NCBI GenBank assembly: GCA_951406725.2
Contig: OX597830.1
Location: forward strand, 18,662,001-18,726,000
From: Octopus vulgaris
Taxonomy: Eukaryota
Direction: 5' to 3'
Length of the DNA: 64,000 bases
The notes below the pieces were generated by a model. It saw nothing but the letters and a program-made list of their open reading frames with translations. It did no database searches and was not told the DNA's origin. Position numbers and translations under genes: made by a program. Shown here piece by piece: positions 53,595 through 64,000 of this stretch (its first letter is position 1; every line of letters starts with the position of its first letter).

Positions 53595-53802
53595 TGTGTG
53601 TCTGTGTTTGTCCCCCCAACATCGCTTGACAAACATGCTGGTGTGTTTACGTCCTTGTAACTTAGCGGTTCGGCAAAAGAGACCAATAGAATAAGTACTA
53701 CACTTACAAAGAATAAGTCCTGGGGTTGATTTGCTCTACTAAAGGCGATGCTCCAGCATGGCCACAGTCAAATGACTGAAACAAGTAAAAGAGTAAAAGA
53801 GT
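53389..53802 (+). mobile_element. SINE family A, full length
   Basis: Consensus match. Confidence 0.9.
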
Positions 53803-54280
53803 ATAAGTATTGTGATGCAAACAGGAATAACAGAACTAAAAATATGAATATATGTTTACCTTTATTAATATTTAGCAGAGGTAACACAGTGATTCAAGGT
53901 CTGAGAATTTCGTGCATTGGCACTTATCAAACCTTCATCCAGAGCTTCAGTCACTCTGTTGCTTCTGCTAAATATTCATAAATATATATAAAATTAATCA
54001 AAGGACATACTAAGTATGTCTATCTGCTGGAAATAACAGTCAAAACTCTTATATTAGTATGGTGCTCAGGAATATAAATAAAACAAGTCTTTTACGTTTC
54101 GAAGGTGCAGATACATATATATATATATGGGTTTGTGCATATACCTATATATATGGCTCTGTGGTAAGAAGTTTGCTTCCCCACCACAAGGTTCAGTTCT
54201 ACTGCATGGCACCTTGGGCAAGTGTATTCTGCTAAAGCTTTGGATTTGATAGAGAGAAACTGAAGGAAGCCTGTTGTATG

Positions 54281-54314
<34 letters not shown>

Positions 54315-54523
54315 GTACCACCTGGCAGGCCCTCATACTGGTGGCATGTAAAAGCACCTACAACACTCTTGGAGTGGTTGGCATTAGGATGAACACCCAG
54401 CTGTAGAAACTTTGCCAGATCAAACTGGAGCCTGGTACAGCCTACTGGCTCACCAACCCTCAGTCAAACTGTCCAACCCATGCCAGCATGGAAAGCTGAC
54501 GTTAAACGACGACGATGATGATG

Positions 54524-54579
<56 letters not shown>

Positions 54580-54792
54580 TTTTTGCCCCCCTTCCCCACA
54601 ACTTCACAACTGGTGCTGGTGTGTTTACATCCCTGTAACTTAGTGGCTCTGCAAAGAGAGAACAACAGAATAAGTACCAAGCTTTTAAAAAACATACTGG
54701 GGGTTGATACATTCAAATAAAATATTCCCCAAGACGGTGCCCCAGCACAGCCACAGTTAACTGACTGAAAGAAGTAAAAGATATACATATAT

Positions 54793-55000
54793 ATCTGTAA
54801 AATAATATGTGACAATTATAGATGGCCAGATAACCGAAGAGATGGTGTTGTGGATTTCCACCTTGGCATCCGTAACTCAGAGTTTTATCTTGGCCATTGA
54901 ATAATTGTCACATATTATTTTACAGATAAATTTCCTCTATTTACATAATATTGAGGTCTCTTTCTTTCTTTTGTTATCTTAACGTTTTTACCAATATATA
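54793..55000. mobile_element. Fold-back element enclosing a decayed HHR-like motif
   Basis: ~40-bp arms 54793-54833 / 54885-54928 around CCGAAGA gatg...catc c GTAA ctcagag TT. Confidence 0.5.
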
Positions 55001-55113
55001 TATATATATATATATATATACGCACACACACATGGAAGAGAGAGAGATGATGATGATAAATAAATCTATATATGTATACTTCTCAGAATTTCTTGCTATT
55101 TTAGAGAAAGTAT

Positions 55114-55158
<45 letters not shown>

Positions 55159-56152
55159 GGATTTGTATGGGCATCTCAGTCTAAGAACACTTCCATGCTG
55201 ACTCAACTTCCTGTCTTCCTTGAAACCATATCTAGCCCTTTCCCACCTCATATTTATGGTGGGTCCAATCTGTTTCATTAGTTTTCAACTCTTATACATT
55301 TGATCACAGATACACATGTTCCACATCAGGCACAGATAGCCTTTTTTTTCTTGTGGCAGATCTTGAAAGATTTTGCTCATTATAAATTAGGCCACACAAC
55401 TAAAAACAAAAATTTATTTAAAGAAAAAATACCATGCTTGTAGTACGGAGTGTACCATATATTACACTAAGTATTTTCATACAAATTTGATTTAATGTTA
55501 GGTTGACTAAATGAGAAAGAGAGAAAGAAATGAGAATGTACAAATAACAATTAAGCCTGCGATTATGTTACAGAATTTTAGTAAAAAATTTTGTTTACCA
55601 GCAGAAACACGACCCTCCAGGGTGTTTTCTGCTAGTCGTTATGATAAGGATAAACCTCATGTGTGTGTATGCATTTTTATGTATGTGCACATGTGTCTGT
55701 GTGTATGTACGTACATATGTGTATGTACGTACATATGTGTACGTGTGTATGTCTTCTCCCTTTTACTTGTTTTCAGTCATTGGACCGAGGCCATGCTGGG
55801 GTACTCACTTGAAGGCTTTTTTTATTAGAACAAATAAACTGCACAACTTTTTTTTTTTATCTCGGTACCTATTCTGTTGGACTCTTTTGCCAAACCGGTA
55901 TGTAATAGAGACATAAACAAACACCATGAGAACAAACACACACGTGTGTGCACACATACACACACACACAATTACGTGTGCTGTTGTGATTTCTTTTCCT
56001 TCTTTGGACATTTCCCTTTCTCCTTCTTGACAAAGAGCTATGCTTGAAACGTCAAACTCTCCTTTCACCGTGCATCAAGCTAATATATTTCTTGTGCGTA
56101 TACTCTTGTCTGTTAATTATTACTCATTTATTTGAATTGATTATATATATAC

Positions 56153-56189
<37 letters not shown>

Positions 56190-56198
<9 letters not shown>

Positions 56199-56400
56199 AA
56201 AAATAAAGTCAAGGTAGAAAATGCTAAAATAATTTTGTAAAAAACATTTCAGTACCGGTTTCAGTTAAATTTAATTGTTTTCCATACTTAGAGTTGAAAA
56301 AGTCTCAATGACTGAAACTGGTACTGAAATGTTTTTTACAAAATTATTTTAGCATTTTCTACCTTGACTTTTTTTTCCATATATATCAACACGTGTGTTC
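56190..56400. mobile_element. Fold-back PLE-like element with HHR-like motif (U3:A8)
   Basis: Arms ~56196-56266 / 56311-56386; ag TTGAAAA agtc-tcaat-gact GAAA c(t/c)gg TA ct at 56292-56325. Confidence 0.62.
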
Positions 56401-56704
56401 CTTTTCAACTTCCTACATACATATTATATATATATATATATATATCATCATATATATATATATATGTGCTGGGGGTTTCTTTCAGTTACTGCCTACCAGA
56501 TCCACTTACAAGGCTTTAGTCAGCCTGGTGCTATAGTCTAAGACACTTGCCCAAAGTGTCACACAGTGAGACTGCACCTGGAAGCATGTGGTTGGGTAGC
56601 AGACTTCTTAACCCACAGCCATGCTGCACTCATGTGTATCATGTATACTCTTTTTTCCACCTTGTTTCACATTTATGTGCTTACTCCATCATCATCATCA
56701 TCAG

Positions 56705-57041
56705 TATTTTTGAAGACCCCCTTCGGTCATGAGTGACCATGGGTTTGCACCTAGAGAGTTACCCTCTGAGGCACAAGTCTGGGCAAGGTTGTTTTTATGG
56801 AAGACCAGTAGTCGCCCATGCATACCGGCCTTCCTCTCCACGCCACCAGTGTTATCCAAGGGAAAGACAAAGGTCGATACAGCTTGGCACCTGTGACGTC
56901 GCAACTCATTTCTACAGCTGAGTGAACTGGAGCAATGTGAAATAAAGTGTCTTGCTCAAGAACACAACATGCAGCCCGGTCCGGGATTCGAGCTCACAAC
57001 CTCACGATCGTAAGCTCGACGCTCTAACCACTGAGCCATGC

Positions 57042-57045
<4 letters not shown>
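56705..57045 (-). mobile_element. tRNA(Arg)-like-headed SINE with Meta/CORE-like domain
   Basis: - strand tggctcagtggttagagcgtcgagcttACGatcgtgaggttgtgagctcgaatccc, then gtgttcttgagcaagacact. Confidence 0.8.
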
Positions 57046-57086
<41 letters not shown>

Positions 57087-57119
57087 ATAATTATTAAGGA
57101 ATATTACTTTTAGTGACCT

Positions 57120-57520
57120 TGTGTGGTAAGTAGCTTGTTAACCAACCACACGGTTCCGGGTTCAGTCCCACTGCGTGGCACCTTGGGCAAGTGCCTTCTA
57201 CTATAGCCTCGGGCCGACCAAAGCCTGTGAGTGGATTTGGTAGACGGAAGCTGAAAGAAGCCCGTCGTATATATGTATATATATATATATATGCGTGTGT
57301 GTGTGTTTGTGTGTCTGTGTTTGTCCCCCTAGCATTGCTTGACAACCGATGCTGGTGTGTATATGTCCCCGTTACTTAGCGGTTCGGCAAAAGAGACTGA
57401 TAGAATAAGTACTGGGCTTACAAAAGAATAAGTCCCGGGGTCGAGTTGCTCGATTAAAGGCGGTGCTCCAGCATGGCCGCAGTCATATGACTGAAACAAG
57501 TAAAAGAGTAAAAGAGAGTA
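57120..57520 (+). mobile_element. SINE family A
   Basis: Consensus match, CpGs largely retained. Confidence 0.9.
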
Positions 57521-57780
57521 TGTCTAACTAACAGAATAAGTACCATGCTTAAAAAAGAAAATTAAATACTTAGGTCAACTGATTCAACCAAAACTCTTTA
57601 GTGTGGTGCTCCAGCATGGCTGCAGATTGACTGACAATCAAATAAAGCAAAACAGTGACTATAATTCTATTATTTATTTAAATATGTGGATTTCAGACAT
57701 ATCTAAAACATGTAAATAAAACGTGTAAAATTCTATAAAAACAACCTATTTATTACATTTCTGATAACCTAATTTGGAAC

Positions 57781-58171
57781 TCTCTTTTACTCTTTTACTT
57801 GTTTCAGTCATTTGACTGCGGCCATGCTGGAGCATTGCCTGTAGTCGAGCAAATCAACCCCAGGACTTATTCTTTGTAAGCCTAGTACTTATTCTATTGG
57901 TTTCCTTTGTCGAACCACTAAGTTATGGGGACGTCAACACACTAGCATCAATTATCAAGCGATGGTGGGGAAACAAACACAGACACACAAACATACACAC
58001 ACACATAGCGGGTTTCTTTCAGTTTCCGTCTACCAAATCCACTCACTAGACTTCGGTCGACCTGAGGCTATAGTAGAAGACACTTGCCCAAGGTGCCACG
58101 CAGTGGGACTGAACCCGGAACCATGTGGTTGGTAAGCAAGCTACTTACCACACAGCCACTCCTGCGCCTAT
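57781..58171 (-). mobile_element. SINE family A
   Basis: Consensus match; inverted relative to the 57120 copy. Confidence 0.9.
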
Positions 58172-58586
58172 GGAATGAGATTTTTCTCTACCAATTAACA
58201 AAATTTCGTTTGGTGAATCTCTGTAAAATATTTTTACTAAATATATTTGCGCAAATTACAAAACCATTTGAAAATAGCCAAAATAAATTGAGGTGAGAAT
58301 AAGAAGATCCTAAAGGTCCCTATTTCAATCCCAGGTTTTGATATCTTGACAGGTTTCTTTTTGTTCTTGAAGTATATAAATTTTATATAAATTTCAGAAT
58401 TTTCTATAATTTGATTTAGAGGTGATTGAGTTTTTAGCTTACATACATATTGTTGCATGATCACCATTATAATAAGAATTAATCTTTTACATTAGGCATG
58501 CTTTATACAGTGACTAAATCACTACAAGTGTAGCCGTATGGTTAAGCTTTCTTCCCAAACACATGATTGCAGGTTCAGTCCAGCTA

Positions 58587-59108
58587 CCATAAATCCTCGA
58601 GTATAATCCGCATTTTCCCCCAAAATTTAAAGGTCAAAATCCCTAGTGCATATTATTACACGAGGTTAAAAATGAAAATTATTTTCTAAGCAATGTCCGA
58701 GTCTCTATTTGCTGTCCGGCAATGTTTATTTAGACGCATTTTGTGATGTCGGGCGCGAAAATACCTTAAGCTAAGCCTGAAAGCAATGAAGTCATAAAAG
58801 AATCATCCATAACTTGCAGTAAGCAAGATTTATTAAAATAAAAGTATTCAGAACACAGAATAACATGTAACTCAAACAATTTGCAAACTTATTTACATTC
58901 CCATATAACAGTTAAGAACATCACCATTATTGTATTACGCATGCATGGAAGTGTTTGTTCGACTAGGTGCTGCTGGTTTAATTATGCACGACTCAAGTTA
59001 GAGAAGGGGTGCGTATTATATACAATGTTTAGGTTTTTAGGCGGTACAGCTCCCTAAAAATCCCCTGTGTATTATACTCAAGGGCAGACTATACTTGAGG
59101 ATTTACGG
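58587..59108. mobile_element. TcMar/pogo-type MITE (TA TSD) inserted in a SINE head
   Basis: TIR cc.taaatcctc.agtata.tc.gc on both ends, TA flanks; SINE head resumes after it. Confidence 0.85.
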
Positions 59109-60350
59109 TATGTGGCACCTTGGGTAACAGTCATATACTGGGTTGAACATTTATTTTGAGAATGACATTATAGGGTATGTGTGAAAGGCCAGATCTTGCT
59201 GAATGGAACATAGAACAGGTAGAATGTTTGGGCTGGATATCACTAATTAATCTAAATCATTTGGGTAGATTAACTGCTAATTCTGATTCTCTGACTAAGC
59301 TGGAACTGAGTAAGTTTTATTCTTGAAAACAAGAAATAAGAAATTATCTGTGAAAGGGTTAATCCTTTAACACAATTTGCAATCAGAGTCTGTAGTGGTG
59401 TTAGACATAGTAACAGGAACAGCAGTAAACAGTAGCTTTTTACAGTAGTAGTAGCTTCTATAAACTTTTAAACCATTACACAGGGCTTGTGTAGTGCAGA
59501 AGGAGTAAGAAGTAGAAGATTTGATTAACAGATGGTCACCAAATGGTCTTTTTTCTCTTTTTTTATTTCTGGGAACAGGGACTGTTTTAAATCTTCCCTG
59601 CTGTTTAAAAAAACGGGAATAGGGGACATATAGTGGGTTTGGCTTATTAATTACAGGAAATTAAGGAGACTTGCTCTCAAGTTCCCTAGTCTTTGAACAG
59701 GTTTTTTTTTTACAAGAACTCAAAAAGTGGATATTAGAAATATAGACTTTACTAAGCCATATAGTAATGTGATGGAGTGAGGTATTAATGTTTTAGTCGA
59801 TTAAAATTACATTCACAGTGATAAGGAAAATATCAGCTTATGAGAGACAAGAGAGGCAGGGTAGATAACTCTTGGTATTTAACGTGAAATCTAAAAATAA
59901 AATGAAGTGATGGTGGTGGGGGGGATGAGTTTGATCTTTGGCAATACAGTGACAACTCTGGACATATTTAGGACATAGTAGTCCTTATCAGCAAAGTTCT
60001 TATCATACTTCAGCCCAGAGCTTCTTAAATTGGCAAATACAAAACTCCACCAACGCACACACACACATATGGCATGTGCGTGTGTATGTGTGTTTAATAT
60101 ACATTTTTCTTTTAGTCTCATGCTGGGGTTTTACCTTGAAGGGTTTAGATCAGTGGATTTTTACCATTTTTATTTATGGGCCCCTTTAATTCCTATTTTA
60201 TTCTGGTGGACCCACATAGCCATTCAATGCTTAAAAACTAGTTTTATTGATAATTATTTTCAAAATTCCTATTTTGTTATTCACACATTTAACTTGCATA
60301 GGTTGAACCATGTAAAGCATTAGAGAATTCTAGTAATATCAGGGTGCAGG

Positions 60351-60965
60351 AAGGCGGCGAGCTGGCAGAAACATTAGCATGCCAGGCAAAATGCTTAGCG
60401 GTATTTTGCCTTCCGCTATGTTCTGAGTTCAAATTCTGCCGAGGTCGACTTTGCCTTTCATCTTTTCGGGGTCGATTAAATAAGTACCAGTTGCACACTG
60501 GGGTCAATATAATCGACTTACTCCGTTTATCCGTCCTTGTTTGTCCTCTCTGTGTTTAGCCTCTTGTGGGTAGTAAAGAAATAGGTATTTCATCTGTCTT
60601 TACGTTCTGTGTTCAAATTTTGCTGAGGTCGACTTTGCCTTACATCTTTTCGGGGTCGATTAAATAAGTACCAGTTATGCACTGGGGTCAATATAATCGA
60701 CTTACTCTGTTTATCCGTCCTTGTTTGTCCTCTCTGTGTTTAGCCTCTTGTGGGTAGTAAAGAAATAGGTATTTCATCTGTCTTTACGTTCTGTGTTCAA
60801 ATTTTGCTGAGGTCGACTTTGTCTTTCATCTTTTCGGGGTCGATAAATTAAGTGCCAGTTGCATACTGGAGTCAATAATTTAAGTACCAGTTCCATACTG
60901 GGGTAGATCTAATTAACTGGCCCCCCTCCCCCAAAATTTCAGGCCTTGTGCCTAGAGTAGAAAGG
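60351..60965 (+). mobile_element. Nin-like SINE concatemer, 184-bp period
   Basis: aagaaata|ggtatttcatctg junction at ~60584 and ~60768; near-identical units. Confidence 0.88.
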
Positions 60966-61324
60966 AATATGAGGGCACATGGCCTAGTGGTTAGAGTGTT
61001 GCACTCTTAATCATGAGATTGTGAGTTCAATTTCTGACCAGGTGGTGTATTGTGTTCTTGAGTAAAATGGTTCATCTTAAATTGCTCTGTGATCACTTTA
61101 ACACCTCAAACGTGGTATACTGTACACCTGTCCAAGCAATGTTGATTTGATGGAGAGAGTGAGCAAATGCACAGCGCATACCTTTGATCACTATAATCAA
61201 ATTATTTGTGCAGGTCATTCGGCAAAAAATTGCAGAACTGCCTTTATTGGACTATGAGAGACTACCACCAGTTATAATTATAGTAATACAGTTATACAGT
61301 ATTTTCGTATCTTGTATTAAAGTA

Positions 61325-61836
61325 CCGTAAATCCTTGAGTATAGTCCGCCCTTGAGTATAATATGCAGGGGATTTTTAGGGGGCTGTACCTCAGAAAAAC
61401 TTAAACCTTATGTATAATATGCACCCCTTCTCTAACTTGAGTCAAGGAGGTCTATATAACATCCTTGGTTTGTAAAAATGTATATGGTAACATCCTTTAT
61501 TATTATTGTATATATAACATAATGCAAACGTGTAGCTTTTTTGTGCATTTTGTTTGCAGAAAATAAAGAAATAACAGTAATAAAGTTTAATAAATGTTGC
61601 TTACTGCAAGTTATGGATGATTCTTTTATGACTTCATTGCTTTCAGGCTTAGCTTAAGGTATTTTCGCGCCCGTTATCACAAAATGCGTTTGAATAAACT
61701 TAGCCAGACAGCAAATAGAGAATCGGACATTGCTTAGAAAATTATTTTCATTTTTAACCTTGTATATAGTACGCACCAGGGATTTTGACCTTTAAATTCT
61801 GGGGAAAAAATGCGGATTATACTCGAGGATTTACGA
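61325..61836. mobile_element. TcMar/pogo-type MITE, second copy in opposite orientation
   Basis: TA-ccgtaaatcct...aggatttacga-TA; reverse complement of the 58587 copy over most of its length. Confidence 0.85.
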
Positions 61837-62048
61837 TATATTATAGTTGAATGGTGCTGAGGTAAATAGTCTCCAACATCAAATTAGTTCCAGGAATTAA
61901 ATTGCTCAAGCTTGATATTATATGTATGTGTATTTAAAATGGGTGATTTGGATGGGTCGATTGAACAAGGGAGGAAGTGTTGAAAAATTGTAAGCAAAAC
62001 AAAATGGTCAATAATTAAAAATTTTTGAAAAGCACTAGCCTAATCATT

Positions 62049-62345
62049 GTTTGTTTGTTCTTTCTCGAGCTACCCTGGCTCATAGGGCCAGTTTCCTTGA
62101 CGTATAGGTTCCCCACCTGGACGGGACGCTGGTCCTTCACAGGTGAGCTGCAAGATGCAGGAGGAAAGAGTGAGAGAAAGTTGTGGAAAAAGAGTCAGCA
62201 GAAGTTCACCATCATCTTCTGCCAGAGGCCGTGTGGAGCTTAGGTGTTTTGCTCATAAACACACTTATTGCCCGGTCTGAGATTCGAACCCGCGATCCCT
62301 CAACTGCGAGTCCACTGCTCTAACCACTAGGCCATGTGCCTCCAC
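62049..62345 (-). mobile_element. tRNA(Arg)-like-headed SINE with 12-bp TSD
   Basis: Same family as 28478; TSD agcctaatcatt. Confidence 0.88.
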
Positions 62346-63163
62346 AGCCTAATCATTAGTGCACTCTTTAATAATGTTCTTTCCATAAACATGTCTAAAA
62401 GTGGTAGGGATCTTTATTAGGTTGCCGTCAGGGATTTCTGCTCTCCTGTAAAGTCCGTCACAGTACAAGGTCCAAATTTTGCTGGTATCAGTCAGTCTTT
62501 GTCTTTTATACTGGATAAAACAATTTCATTGTTTTTAAAATATGATTATGTTTTGCAAATCAATTTTGTTGTATTGTTTGTTTGGCCAATCAACTCCACC
62601 CTTTTCATCCCTGGTTTAGCAAAGTGATGATCAAAATCCTTTTAGTGGTAGCCATGCTATCTTTTCAGGCCTATATAAGAACTGCGTTACTCAATGTGTC
62701 TTTTTGTTGGCAGACTGTGATTTGAGGGAGATTTGACTGTCATTTCTAATAGCTTATTCTCTATAGGCTGAGCAACCAAGTAGATCATGGGCATGCAGTT
62801 TTGATCTTTGACCATGGGTCAGCCCTGTGATGAAAAATATTCCAGCCATGACCAACCTGTCTGTTTGCATATTAGAGACTACATTGTGATTATGTAGAAG
62901 CTCTGTCATTGGCTGTTGGTGATGATGATGATGAAATTACTGAGTGTGAAGATTGTTATTGCTGTTGTTGTTATTGTTATGTCCTAGGCCATCTCTGTAA
63001 TTAAAGACATTCCACCCATAACCATCTGATCATATTTTTAGATATAATAGATATCTGGATCTACAGCAATGTGTCCTTCCTTTTTTAAGATGCTAGATTA
63101 TTATTGAAGGGAAATGTGGCTGCTATTTCTAACGGTTCTAACTGGTCAAGTGACCATATAGAG

Positions 63164-63232
63164 CAGTGGTTCTCAACCTGTGGTCTGCAAAGGTAATACT
63201 GGGGATCTGTGAACTAAATTCAAAATTTCATA

Positions 63233-63300
<68 letters not shown>

Positions 63301-63400
63301 CACACACAAACACATAAAGATAAGCATATTAAAATAGGTCCATGAAAAAACTAATTTAAATAAAAGGGGTCCTTGGTAGTGAAAAGGCTGGAAACCACTG
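63164..63400. mobile_element. hAT/Charlie-like MITE with internal (TA)n
   Basis: cagtggttctcaacct / aggctggaaaccactg TIRs; imperfect 8-bp TSD atatagag/atatgtag. Confidence 0.7.
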
Positions 63401-64000
63401 ATATGTAGGTTTGTTATTTTTTGTGGTGGTTGCTGTTGTGGTAATAGTGATGGTCGTAGTACTAACAAGGGTTATGTGCTACTGTTATTGTTCATGATGG
63501 TGTATTGTTATTGTTGATGAGGATGTTTTGTTGTTGATCATGGTGATGATGATGTTGTTTAGCCCCAGGTCAACTCTGAATGTGCAAACCTAAAATCAAT
63601 GTTGTTCCAGCCAGCACAGCATTTATTTTTACCCAGGCAGTCTTTTCTTTTTTAAAATGGTAGGGTTTGATTTGAGGGAGATGAAGCTCCTATTTCTTGT
63701 AGATTGAGCAACCCTAGGTTGATGCTTTTGGTAATTGTGTTGGGGGTGGTGATGACACTAGTAACACTGTGTAACAAGATTTTTCTACCTGGGTAGCAAA
63801 TGTTATTTCATTTCTTATTCGCTTACCCCTAGAAAATATGAATAATGGCTAATATTTCCTTCAAACTTTGCTCTTTTTACATTCCGTCTCAACACATGGC
63901 TATGATGCTCCCCGACTACTCCTGCTCATAATCAGAGATGCACATATTGTCAGAAGCTAAGGGACATGCTCATGTGATTAAGGCCTGGTAACTGACAAGC

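Overview
AT-rich, repeat-dense eukaryotic non-coding DNA (large intron or intergenic). The SINE repertoire and microsatellite load suggest a cephalopod, probably Octopus; this is an inference. No intact host protein-coding gene is supportable, and almost all ORFs in the track are microsatellite or SINE read-throughs. The window holds about 30 full or partial copies of a ~400-bp tRNA-headed SINE, many Nin-domain-like SINEs, other tRNA-derived SINEs, TTAA/piggyBac-type, TA/TcMar-type and hAT-type MITEs, and decayed coding fragments of RTE, CR1, mariner, Tc1, Helitron and Penelope-like (GIY-YIG) elements. The most interesting signal is a set of short elements from several different families, most of them fold-backs, that each carry a minimal hammerhead-ribozyme (HHR)-like motif (core - stem II - GAAA - short palindromic stem III - UH). 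Across families, core positions 3 and 8 are C:G, U:A or G:C, i.e. they stay complementary. One such element has a tRNA-like Pol III head, and another HHR-like motif sits just downstream of a GIY-YIG ORF end. Together these point to a diverse non-autonomous, Penelope-mobilised ribozyme-retroelement system. All alignments and folds were done by eye, and the boundaries of decayed elements are approximate.
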